Below are positions 1-12,390 of a stretch of DNA of 64,000 nt, piece after piece. Below the pieces are notes generated by a model, which ran no database searches, was not told the DNA's origin, and saw only the letters and a program-made list of their open reading frames with translations. Where the stretch lies: the NCBI GenBank assembly GCA_010015585.1, contig ML975153.1; one strand, given 5' to 3'. The stretch is from Eremomyces bilateralis CBS 781.70. Its lineage: Eukaryota. Position 1 is the stretch's first letter; each line of letters starts with the position of its first letter. A program made the position numbers and the translations under genes.

Positions 1-612
1 TTGCCTGCGCCTCCTCCGACGGCAATGTCTCCGTCCTAGAATTCAAAGACAACACCTGGGCCCACACAATATTCCAGGCGCATTCCCTCGGCGTGAACGC
101 CGTCAGCTGGGCACCCAGCGTCGGCCCCGCCGGTGTCGCGAGCGCCATGCCATCGGCGAACGGATCAGCCACGCGTCGGTTCGTCACTGGTGGGAGCGAC
201 TGCCTGGTGAAGATCTGGGAGTATAACGCGGCGGCGTCCCGCTACGAGAACACCACCACCCTCACTGGGCACCAGGACTGGGTGCGCGATGTCGCCTGGG
301 CGCCGACGATCCTCGCGAAGAGCTATATCGCGTCGGCCTCGCAGGATAAGACGGTGCGGATCTGGAGTTCGTCGACCGCATCCGGAGGTATGTCACCGCC
401 GTCGCCGCTCGTGCGCGCCTGCTGAGGAGTGTCGCTAACCGTTTGTAGGAGAATGGCAGCCGGAAGTCCTCACGTTCGAGACCGTGGCATGGCGGGTGAG
501 CTGGAGCTTGAGTGGCAATGTTCTCGCTGTTAGCACCGGCGATAACCGGGTTAGCCTCTGGAAGGAACGGCTAAAGGGCGGTTGGGAATGTGTGAAGACG
601 ATCGAGGAATGA
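1..612 (+). CDS. SEC13: COPII coat/nucleoporin WD40 protein Sec13, 3' part (5' end outside the window); intron 388-448
   Basis: WD40 repeats [15 protein letters not shown] and [13 protein letters not shown]...[13 protein letters not shown]. Intron GTATGT...CTAAC...TAG, then last exon [40 protein letters not shown] (TGA 610-612), the typical Sec13 C-terminus. Confidence 0.95.
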
Positions 613-1234
613 TTGCCGTCGAACTGTTTGAATCCTTGAATTAATAAAGCTATCCGTGACGGTCTGCTCCCTGAGAGCTCAAGGATCACTGGCTTTACGG
701 ATGGCGGATCTCCATCCCAACGGTATTTGATGATCGCAAGTCGTTTGAAGTAGCAGGCGTACCTGCATACAGAGGCGTCCATGAAAACGGTTTGGATTGG
801 AGGCAAGGGAATATTGATGGGGCGAGTGCGGCGCTGCGTAAACTCAAGACTTTCACGGAATGAAACGCTGAAACCCCGTTGATCTGAATCATGGACTGAA
901 TTGTCCTTGTCGAATATATTTAACCGCCTCACTTACTAAATCACTTTTTGGCTGCCGTGGATAATCGCCCTCTCCATATCCCCCTCAAATGCACGCCACC
1001 TGCCTCCCCTCAAGACCTTGCCAACTTGCCAAAGGTCCAATTCCCTCTACCTCCGGGCCCTCGACTGATATGACCGAAAACGATAGCCATAGAAAATTTC
1101 AAATAAAACGCCTTTATGAACCCCTCCGTCAGGGTGCCATGTAGATTGAAATGCATGAACTGCGTGCGTAATGTCATGACCTTCGCAGAGCTAAATGCTG
1201 CGTAAAAGGTCTGTTGAGATCCGGCGAGCGTCGC

Positions 1235-3141
1235 CTACACATCGACGAAACCATCACGCTCGCGATCGTTTTGCCAGGACCAGTCATCCTGAGCATCATC
1301 CACTTCCCACATGATGAACGGCCCGCAGTACATCTAAAGATGGGGGTTCAAGTCAGCATGAGCCTGGTAAAGTGAACGGCAATACGAATGATACGAACAA
1401 AGTTCTCCGGCTCCTGGGGCTGATAGCTCCACCAACGGCCGACGATGATCTTCGACCCGGGCAAAACCACCCCTTCGTACGCCCAAAGGGCGTCTTCGAA
1501 GGGATTGCCATCCTCAAAATATTTCATCATAGTAATTCGCTGGAAACCGGGAACGCCATTCTGGGAAGGTAACGGATTGAGAAAGCCTTGAGAGAAGAAG
1601 TCCCTGGTGGTGGTGTTAGTATGAACTTAATTGCCGATGGAGAGGTGGTCCCCAGGACATCGATCGAGGGCGGGGAACTCACTCGTCATCGTAGCCAGTG
1701 CCGATGAAGCGACGAGAAGCCTCTCGCATGCTCTTCGTCTCCAATTCGGGGATTCCGCCACGGTGCTGGGCTCGGGTGCGGCGGGGACTCGGCTCGCGCA
1801 AGGAGTGCAGGATTTGTTCGAACCCTTCCGGCCAATCGGTCGCAAAGCTCTCCGGGAAGTCGATCACCAATTTCTATTCTTCAGTCAGTTCAGATAAATG
1901 AATCTCGGAATGACTGTGCTGTTACCTGGATCGATTTGTCCCCCTTGTCAAGGTTGCGGTCATCGAAGAGAGACCCAGAGTCGGGTCCCGCGCTACGGAT
2001 ATCGAGCACGTCATGGCGATCGAGGTAAGCTATTTTCTGGTGTTAGATCACTCATCAATGTGATCGACTGAGATGTGCACATACAATAGGTTCCATTCCA
2101 GCGTCGACCAATTGGACGAGCACCATTGACGAGATCCGAGTCGGGACCTCGCGGGCGTTGCCGGGAATCCAGCGAGGTGTAGGTGGCCCACATCGTCCCC
2201 AGATATGGAAGCAAGAAGTGAGATCTGAAGAAGTTGATGACGTGCAGAACCCAGGGGAGATTGACCTCCATGTTGTTGTATCCACCGAAAATGGGACACA
2301 TTCGGTCATCCGCGTAGGCCATGTACTGCGACATTTCGGGATTATGAATCTCCATCTCTAGAGTTGGATCGAGCATATGATGTGCAAAGAGCAATATGAT
2401 CGCGGCTTGAGATCGAGCCTGACTTTTACCAGCCCTGTAGCTAACCAAGCCCGCATATTCCTTGCTACAAGGGTTCGTGAAAGGGCGACGGTAGTTGCTG
2501 AAGACATGCTTCAGAAGATCGGTCCTGCGCATGAACTTCTCCACAAGGGCGGCATTCTTCGACTGCTTCTGTTTGCCATGATCAGTAGATCCTGAAAAGG
2601 CTTCTACAGAGGATGAAGATTAGTGTCCGAGGAGTGAGTGAGCAACAACAAGCAATGCCGAAATCAAGGACTTGAAACGATTCGCTCAAAAAACAAACTG
2701 CTACTGTCAAAGCTGATCAGTAACCAAACGCTGCCAACTATGTCACATACCAGTGACCATGGCGCGAAGAGTGTACAGGATATGTCGCTCATCATCGCTG
2801 ATGGTGGAATAGCCGAAACTGTCATCCGGTGCGGCGAGGTCACGCTGACGACGTTGATAATCCACCTTGTACGTGGAGGTCTCCATGGGCATATTGGGAG
2901 GATCGAAGGTGTCGTGCCAGCGGCTCCTCCAGAACGAAGTGTCTTCCATGGCCTCGAGGAGTCCTCCGCAGACGCCTCTAAGGCTGCAGAGGTCCTTGTC
3001 ATCGAGGTTGCTTGCGATCAAGTGCTTGATCTGGTTGCGAGTTAGTCAGTGACCTCAAGTGCTATCCGGAAGTCGACTTACCTCGAGGGGCACTCCAACC
3101 AAAGTGGCACCACCACCAGGGGAGTGCCGTGAACCAGTCAT
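1235..3141 (-). CDS. F-box domain protein, multi-exon
   Basis: ATG at 3141, exon MTGSRHSPGGGATLVGVPLE, GTAAGT intron, then IKHLIASNLDDKDLCSLRGVC...FWRSRW (F-box pattern). Further exons lie in ORFs 2011-2544, 1679-1870 and 1348-1530 (WAYEGVVLPGSKIIVGRWW). Final exon YCGPFIMWEVDD...DV* (TAG 1235-1237). Confidence 0.75.
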
Positions 3142-3882
3142 GATGGTTGTTGTTCAGATGCTTTGCTTTGATAATGGTAGCAGATGTACCAGATGTCGTT
3201 GTATATTTTTGCGGACCTGAGGAAATGAGGTGAGGAACTGAGATTGAGGATCGGAGGTGGAAAGTAAACGAAGATCGGGAAAGGAAGATGTTTTTATAGG
3301 CAACAGAGAGTTGGCGAAGGAGGCAGAGATCTCATAAATCTAATCTTCTCAATAATGAATGGCTCAATGGGACAATAGTTGTAGAGGATAAGCATGTGTA
3401 AATAGCATAGTATATCATCAATAGAAGGCCAATCACGATGGTTGCTATTGATCGATTCCTATTGAAAGTGAAAGTGAGCGGATGAACAACAGGTTATTAT
3501 CATCGAAGGCCGTAGAGAAGGTGATCATGTGTAGGCTCATCGGTGCAGAGTGAAGTGAGTGAAGTGAATATGCCAAGCGCTTAGTCCTCTGGTGAACATC
3601 TCCCAACATACCGAACAGTCAAAACGGGTGACCTGGTTGACTGAATGCAATGGAAGTGAGCCTGGAGGTGAATGTCAACGGTTTGTCAAAGTTAGACAAT
3701 GTCCTTAACCTGTGTACCAACCAATCTCACATGCAGGCCGCACAACAATTGAAAATCTTTCGACCTCGTGGGTGAGATCCACTACGTCTGGTATTGGCAT
3801 GTGAGTATGTACAATCTCGTGGACATTGATAAGACCGAACGTGAAACTGGCACGAATCTTGAGTGAGTGTGAGATCCCCTTC

Positions 3883-5679
3883 CTATGCGACAAACATGCA
3901 GTACGCCGCAAGGCCAGCAAAGGCATTGTTAGCGCAAGGTGCGTATCGACCGACAAGACCTGCTTGCGTTGAAGTACTGCCCGCCCCTCCAGCCGTTGAA
4001 CTTCTCTGGGTCACTGTTGTCGACGGTCCCACCGGTGCACCATCACGGCGAGTGACGACTATAATATCGCCGGTCGAGTCGCTCGACACGAAAAGGCGAC
4101 CCTTTGGATCGAATGCCAACCCCACGGGTCGAAAACAGCCATTGGGGCACTGATCCATGGCCGAATTGGCCATGATATCGATGGCAGCAGTGCGGGAATC
4201 CGATGGTTCCGTTGGTTGGCCCGAAGCCGCGTTGAAGCGAACAACGGAGAGTTTGTATCCAATTGGCTGATCGCGGTTCCTTGGGGAATGTTAGCGAAAA
4301 CGGAACGGCGATAGAGGCGAGCCAAAGAAGACATACCAACTACCGTGGAACGTAACCCACGCATTGGAACCACTGGGGTCGAACTTGATATCAAGCGGAG
4401 CCATATGCGCGGCAAATGTGATCCGAGGAGCCACTCGCTGCGCACAAGCTGCATCGTCAATTCTCCCGCCGGCATCTCCCATGGCAAATTGACTGCCAAC
4501 TTTGAGGCCCGTATTTCTGGGAATTTCTGAGGGAGTCCACGCAGCAAAGCAGTCAGGGTAGCCATGGTTGCCTCCTAGGAGTTGAGAAGCGGATCCGCTC
4601 AGGGAGCCGTGATAGTTCAACTCCTCCCCAGGGTTGTCATCGTGAATATCGCGGCCGTCCCGCTTGATGTTGTCAACCGAGTTCTCAACACTCCAGATTC
4701 CCCCGTCGACGGGATGTTCGGTGACACCGACGGAGTTCCGGAGGCCCCATCCCACAACCAACCCGTCTCGAGAATAGTTGTATGGGGATGTCGTATTTTT
4801 GATATTGAAAACCTTTATCATGCTGATCCCATTGGAGGGGTCCGAAGCTTCGGAATCAATATTTGGCCCACTTCCACGACTGACGAACAGCATGCCGTCC
4901 TCGTGCCTCGAAAGCCAGATTGTCCGGGTGGAGTGTCCCGTGTTTGCCATCCCGGTGACTAGCGTGCGAGCTTGCGATGTGGTTTTCTTGGCTGTAGCAT
5001 CGTAGGACCATGAAAATGCGGAGGCGGCGCTGGAAGCATACAAAGTTGACCCGTCGGCCGAAATGTCAATGCCATGATTCAGCTGCGGTTGTTTTGTTAG
5101 TGGACACAGCAATGCTGTCTACGAGTTCGGATCACCGGAGAGAATACGCGGCAAAAGATGAGATCATGAGATACCCCCTTTCGCAGATCCTCCAAAAATA
5201 GGAAACAAACCAAACATTTCGGGTCAGGCATCGGTATGCGGAGCATCTTAACAGTGGCATCGGAAAGCAAAGTCTCAAAAACAAAGACTCAAATAATCGA
5301 CGAGATGTAAAATCAATCGACACGCGCGAAGAACCAAATTCAAAAATCAAAATAGACAAGACAATAAACTCATTCGACGAAGGAAGAAACCACTCACATT
5401 TCGATCGCTCACCACCTCCGTCGTCGACACCGCACTCAAACAGCCTGCGCCGTCCTCTCTAAAGGTGACGGCGTAGATTCCCCGTCCGGTGTCCGCGACG
5501 AGAAGGTTTCCCGCCGTGTCGAAGACAATGCCCCTCGGTCGTCGAAACCCGTTGGCGATAAGGAGAGATTGGTAGTCGGGTGCCATCGACGGCGCGGGAT
5601 AGCTAGCCGTGAGCGCGCTGCGGCATTGCGCGAACGCGTGGCTCGCGAGAGTGACGGTGAGAATGAGTGAGGACAGCAT
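3883..5679 (-). CDS. Secreted soluble quinoprotein (PQQ) glucose/sorbosone dehydrogenase-like beta-propeller (AA12-like), possible GPI-type tail
   Basis: Signal peptide MLSSLILTVTLASHAFA. Motifs PRGIVFD, LNHGI, GHSTRT, VSRGS, GLRNSVG, ENSVD, NPGEELN, HGYPDC, AHMAPLDIKF, VTFHGSW, CFRPVGLAFD. Ser/Thr-rich then hydrophobic C-terminus. Introns near 5084-5397 and 4274-4336. Confidence 0.85.
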
Positions 5680-7784
5680 CGTGCAAATTCGCGAGATGAA
5701 CGAGGGTTCTGATGAAAGAAATAGGTTGTAGGTGATTGGAAATGGTTTGCGACGACAGAGAAGAAAGGCGAGCTTGGAGTAACTTAGTTCTGTTCACGTA
5801 TCACAGCCGATGATAGCAGTTCTTGCTGTCGTCCGAAGAAAGCGCACAGCACCTTGTATATGGAACTTGTCAGGAGCAGCGGAAGGGAGCCGAACTTGCT
5901 TCGAGATAGGGATCTGACGCCGATTTGCACCTTCAAGTACTCTCTGTCCCTCGGATTTCCGGGCGTGATCTCTTTAGATCGAACGGTCCTTGAATCGATC
6001 GCAGGTCATCGTCATCCAACCAGATGCGACAGCGAAACCCGACGATGATTTGATTGTCGCGGAGATGATCGCCCTTGCCCTTTCCGGTCCGATATCAAAT
6101 CAAGATGCCGCTCCAAGAGAATCAGAGTACGGCAATATGAGCGATACTTTGATTTAGGGCACGTTCTGGTCAATCTCCGTCGGGTGCAGTGTCTGGGAAA
6201 ACTACGGAAGCTGGGGTCAGGCGTTCGGGATCGTAGATCGTGCGAGCATACGGCGGACTTGAAGACCTGGAATAGGGACGTCTAGATGATCTTCAAGACA
6301 TTTGCTCTATAACTCCAGCGCGGATTTCTCGACGATCCGTTTGCGTTTCCGTGCAAGAAGCTGAAGTCCCTAGAGCGGAGGAGACCCAATCCCCAGGTAG
6401 ATGAGCGAACGTCATGAAGGTCATGGATTCCATCTCCAAGATTCCAACACGTGGAGCTTCCATCTCGCAACGATGGAGATGATTGGTCCCTGCGTGTCGT
6501 ATCATCTCAGAGTTCATGAAACTGCTGATAAATAGTCAATTGAAACAAGGTTGAAAGGCGGGACATTTCCGTGAGGAGTGATGTCAAGCTTGGGATTGGT
6601 GGTTGGATCGGCTGGGACAACCACCAGATGCGGCAAAAAGATTCGACTTTGGCTCACTCGGTCCGTAGATGAAGAGCAGGTGGATAGCAGCACGCTAAAT
6701 ATATTATTCCCTATAATCCGTCCATTTGCGACATGCCTCATAATAATAATGAAGAGCTCCGTTCATGTCGTCTGGTTCGTCTACGGGTTTTCATCTGTTT
6801 TTACCAACACGTGCTCAAGCACCGATATATCCCGCTCCAAGCTCTCAAGACTCCAGCGTCCCAAGCCATTGCAAGGCCAAACGAGACGCGTCAATCAGCG
6901 GTCTAGAGCTGGAGGTTCCGGTAAAACAACGCAACATGGGATCTCGACACAAAAAGGTAACATGCCCACGAAAAGATACCTGCACGCTGACATGAATCAA
7001 CCACACTATTGGTAGCAACACAACAAACAAAACAACAAAACCTGCTATTTCTTTTGGACGAATCGCAATGAATTGTTATCAAAAGCGCCCGGCAAGCCTC
7101 CCGAGTATTTTTCCGCCTGTCGCTGCAAAACCCTACCGTACACTTCGCTGCCGACCGTGGGGTGCTCTCGAGAGAGAAAAGGAAAAAGGAGTTGGATAGT
7201 CAAGGGGCTCATGATTCATGGGCGATCGGGACGAGAGTTCCCGCTGGGGATGAAGTGACGAGGCTCGTCAGTTGTGGCACCCGAGGCCGAAATCGCGATG
7301 GGAAAGGATGTGGTGGAGAAGTCGAAAAGTGAATTGTCAAACGACCCAGACGAAAGACCCTGGGTGTTCCCGTGTTTTGTAGTCCATAGGCGGATGACAG
7401 TGAAATCGACCATCGTCCTGAAGCCCAGGTCCCAGCTAAGTCAAATCGCTTAGCCATGCGCGGCCCAATGGGACCATAACGATCCCGTATAATCATCCGG
7501 AGAACAGTGGCCGAATGGTTCGCCATGACTCCGGTATCCCGTTCCAGCTGACCCATCAGATAAAGAAAGAAACGTGTGGGTAGTCCGACTGAGGAAACCA
7601 TTAGAGTAGGAGGCCATCGATGTATGACGCCATCAAGGAATGACCCAGGTTTCCACGTGCAGGCATCGCTCGACGACACGGAGCACATTCGCTCACTTTC
7701 GTCGATCGTCTCGCCCATACACGTACCCCTCGTCCACCACCACGCATCAATTCACTCCACTCATTCGCATCCCGCTCGTCCACA

Positions 7785-10700
7785 TCATATAACAGTCATC
7801 AGTTTCATCTGACCGGTCAACTCATCAACGCCTGCACCACTCCTCGCCCCCCCTTCTTCCGGCACCACTCCCCCGTTGTTCGCCCGCGTCCGGCGATTTC
7901 TCCTCGAGGACGGCGATCCCGTCGCCGATCCGATGCCCGAGGGCGTGGTGGAGCCGGCGCGCTTGGTGGGTGAGCCGAACAGGTCACTCTTGGTATTGCC
8001 GGGATCGAACACCCCTGTGGTAGAAATCGTGTCGGTGGTGATGTCCCACTGCCCGAGTATTCCGTCGTCAGTACCGTTCACGCCGTTGGCCTTGCCACCG
8101 TGGCCGCTCGCGTCATATTGAAGCAAACCCAGAGCTGGACTTGAAAGACCCTCGACATCACGTAGGAGTGTTCGGACTTTGCGGACCAGGCCGTTGACAT
8201 ACGGCACGATGTGCTTCAGTGTCGCCGTGTCGAACGGCACTTTCTTCTCTTTCGAGGTCCGCGAGAATGTGATCGGCTCCGACACCGTGCTCGGCCGCTT
8301 CTGGAGTGCTTCGATGACGGAACGCGCGATGGCTTCGGAGTCTTTGCGAGGTCGGGTGGTCACGGTGGTCGGGGTGGTGCGGCTCGAAGCGTGCTGACCA
8401 GATGGGGTGCGCGGGATACCGAAGCTTTGGGTAGGGGGAGACGTGGCGGCGGGTTCGGAGAATATGTCGCTGTTGGTGGGGAGAACTGATTTGCGGCGGG
8501 ACCGAGGGGAAGATTGGGGGACCGAGGTGGGCCCGTCAAAGCGAGCACTGGTGGAGCGCCTGGTGCGTCGATTCTTATTTACTGGTGCCGGAGTCGTAAG
8601 CCCAGCTTCTTCTTCGAAAGCATCAGCATCAAATCCGGGAGACGAAGGAGGTGTCACTCGAGGAGCGGTGTCTTCTTCGGCTTCTTGGTCGGCCAGATCA
8701 ATCATGGCATCCACCTCTTTCCAAACTGCCGCGCCCACCCCGTCCAAGACTCCAAGTTGTGCTGCACGGATTTTGAGATCCTTAAGCTCTTCAATTATAA
8801 TCCCCCATTCCTTCAAGAGACCAATGTTGGCAAGGACGTTCAATTGCTGGTCGCGGATATTCTGAGGAACCACAACCGCCATGCCACTATCCACCCGTTT
8901 CTCCTCGCCTCCGGTGGAACTCTGGCCGGCTTCATGATTCGGATTTGTGAAATCGAAATCATCATCCCAATCTTCCGTGACACCTTTGCTGCCGACGCCC
9001 CAAGTTCCGAACTTATTCATGACAACGGTGTCTCGCTTGCCGGCGGGGTCGGGGACCACGGGAACACTCTGACTTCGAGCGTGCAGAGCGCTGGGAGCTC
9101 TTCTGCCAATGGATCGACTTCCTCGAGAATCGGTGTCCTTCTTTCCGTGAACGGTCTGCGGTCTCGGTGGAGTGCGGTTACCCGGGCTCTTGTCCGTGTG
9201 TGGGTGCTCCGACCAGTCGAACAAGTTACTTCGACTGTCCCGCTCACGCTCTGTAAGCTGTGAGTAACGGTGATTGGGGGTGATGGCGGGCGGACTCGAG
9301 CTCGACCCGGTTGCAACAAGGTGTGGACTACTTCGACGGATGGAAAGTGGAGTGGCGACTTGCTCGACTTGATCGAAATTGAGGCTCAGGTCTTCCAGTG
9401 AGATGTTGGGAGAATCATTGCTCGGTTCACCCATTGACCAGCGGCTCTCATCATCCTGGTCTTGGAAGTTGTCGTATTCCAAGGAACCGAGATTGAGTGA
9501 CTTTGCAGCCTCAGGTGGAGACGAGGGGATGCGTAAAGGTTGGTTTTGCAATTTGCTGCGAACACGAACGGTTGTGGGCGATCCGCCTTCAGCAAGATCG
9601 GATGCGATGGCCATTTCGTCATTTGTCGACACACTTTCTTCCTCTTCGGTGATACTGTCTGGACCAACCAATTCCATCTCTTGATCGGTTCCCATGCCCT
9701 TCGGAAGCATATCTCGCAGGAAATTGGATCTTGGTTTGGCCATCACGGTGGAGGACGGTGGCATATCAAAGATTTGGTCGATGGATGGACCTCTCGCACC
9801 GGACGTGCTGCGAGTCCCTCGAGTTCTAATGGAATCGAACACCGTTTCACTTGCTAGATCTGTCTCCTCCTCTTCCGCTGGTGTCACACCCCGTAGTTCG
9901 CTGTCCGATCCGACGAGTGTTGAGGTGCGTTCTGATTGGGGTATGGAATTTCGAACGAGCCGATGTCCAGGCACCTGTGTGGATGGAGAGAGTGGAAAAT
10001 GGTCGAGGTCGGTTGATGTTGTACCGGTTTGATAGGGTGGTGGTGATGAATGGTTGTGTGTGAGGCCGTGCACGGAATGTGAAAGCGGTTTCTGCGAGGG
10101 GTTTGCCACATGATTGGATTGAGATGAGCTCATGTCGTTTATCGAAGCACTGTTGCTGGAAGAGGTGTAAATCTCCCGCTTGAAGATGGTTGGGTCCGTG
10201 GTGTCCCTCTTCTTGATGGGCCGCCCGGAGTCAGGATCAGAAGAGGATGTCTCCTGGGTGCTGGGGAGCGGGGCAGATATGGCTCTGCTTTCGCTGCGGC
10301 GGGTGAGTCGGCTGCGACCAAGATATTTGGAGGAACGTGGTTTCCGGAACGATGAGCTGCTGGGAAGGAATTTGTCGAGGGAGAAGGAACGGCGTCTGTG
10401 TTGGTAGGCGGACGTATCTTCAGGTGGAGGGAAGTCTCGTTGGGAGTCGGTAGTGCCTGAAGGATGATATGAACCCCGCGAACCATCAAAGGACTCTGAA
10501 GGAGAGGGACGGCCAAACCCCAAACCCAAAGGAGTTATCGGTCGGCTTCCACCAAAATCACTATCGTCTGCCAGACTTAGCGACTCATCCACCTCGATGG
10601 ACGACGCCATCACGGATTTTGCCAGGATCAAAGTGGGCCGAAATCGATCGTCCGGAAAGATCTTCCGAGCGCTTCTCTCGCCGCCGAACCGCTTCTTCGA

Positions 10701-11761
10701 CACCGTGTTATCCTTGGAGACCTTCGCGGTGAAATATTGCTGGTACAACGGTTCGGGAGGGGATTCCACGACGGGAACCGGAATCTGGACATCGCGAGCC
10801 CGATCCATGGAGACACCTCTTGATTGCGAGTGCATCTGCAATGTGGCGGACCGCTGATGGCTGGTAGCAGGCCGTCTGAGGGTGGGGCGCCGCGATTGGA
10901 TGTGTTCCTGCATCTGTCCTTTCGACAAACGAAACGAAGACGATCGCTTGACCAGCTTATTCGGGGGGAGCGGAGGGGGAGGGCACTGGCCGATGATCGG
11001 AGCGGTAGAGCCGCTGTGGGAGAAAGCAGCGGACCCATTCGAGAAGGAAATCGGAGGGGATTCGGTGGCGGGACTCCCTAAGGGACTGGAGTGGTTGGAG
11101 GAAAGCGTTGATAGTCGTTTGATCCAGGAAGACTTCGATCGGAGCGTCACACTGGGATCCCTCTGAGCTACGTCGTGTCGAAAACCGAAGTCCGAATGTT
11201 CGTCAATATCCATCACGTCCCCCCCAGTTGTAAGTCGTCGACCATTGCGAGACCGTAGCACGTCGCCGCTGGCTCGACCGGTGAACTGAGAAGGTCGATT
11301 CTCGAGCGGGGTGGAGGGGACGCTCAATGTTGTGGAATATCGAGGCATGGATTCGCTTGGGCGTACGGTGGGAAACGGCTCGGAGGAATACTTCCTCTTC
11401 TGGAGGTTCGGTTGGGAGGACTGGTCATCGGGGCGACCTATGGCATATCCAACGGCAGACACACCCACGATGGTAGCAGTAGCGCAGACCTGGACAATAC
11501 AAGCACCGTCAGCCCATGAGTCTATCTAAAAGCAATACATTGGAAGCAGAGCACAGGACAATGGATTGGGAGGTTATTAAGACGAGACAGCGGGACGAGC
11601 TTCGTGCATATCTGGTCGCTCGTGAATGGACGAGATGAACTGGAAAGCATACGATTGGGTAGAAAGCACACGCGTCGAAGAAGCAAGAGGCAAGAGAGCA
11701 ACAGAAATCGGCAGATGGGAAGCGGAACAGAGGCATGACCTACCGTGGGTATTGTCTTCAT
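7785..11761 (-). CDS. Large Ser/Pro-rich, mostly disordered protein of unknown function (about 1240 aa)
   Basis: 1227-codon ORF 7785-11468 that lacks an early ATG and is preceded by an acceptor (CTGAC...TCCAG, about 11490). A short upstream exon MKTIPT (ATG 11761, donor GTAGGT) splices in frame, but the true start is uncertain. It contains a WDDDFDF motif and a helical segment IRDQQLNVLANIGLLKEWGIIIEELKDLK. Confidence 0.75.
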
Positions 11762-12299
11762 GCTTTCTCAAGGCCCGGCACCCCTAGGAGCGGCGAAGGC
11801 GGAGAGATGAAGAATAGGAGATTCGTGACGGTCGTGACGAGGAACTCATCGCATCGTAAGGATGATGGGCGTCTTTGCAACCCTCATGTAGGTAGGGCAG
11901 ACAGCTGGAACTAGAAGGGCTGCCGGCACGTATTCCCTCCAATCGGTGATCGATTCAGGATTCGAAGAGGTGCCCGAGAGGCCAATACGGTGGAAGCAAT
12001 GGGTTATGGGATACGCAGTGTGCGTCACGGAGAAGCTGGCGAACTGGGGTTTCAAGGCTGAGAGCGACAGTCAGGAAGAGGCAGAGGGAAAGAGAGATGG
12101 TGGTGGAAGCGAATGTCAAGCGTCAAATCAAGACACAAGGCAAGAATGAAGAAAAGGCAGCGAGCAGCGCACGTCTCTTGGAAATTCCGTCACGAAGACA
12201 GAAATAGGGATTGGGATTCGGACAGCTGGGAGGGCTTAGTTAGGACATTTGGGAGGGAGTTTGAAGATTTGGGACTGGTCGAAGTGGTGGTGGTAGTGC

Positions 12300-12390
12300 G
12301 GTATGGATTGGGATGGATTTGGGATGGATTGGTATGGGTTGTAGCCTGTAGGATGGATTGGGATGGGATTGGGATGGGATTTGATGGGCG
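12300..12390. repeat. Degenerate GGAT(T/G) low-complexity repeat
   Basis: Repeated ggatt/gggat units (ggattgggatggatttgggatggattgg...gggatgggattgggatgggattt). Confidence 0.7.
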
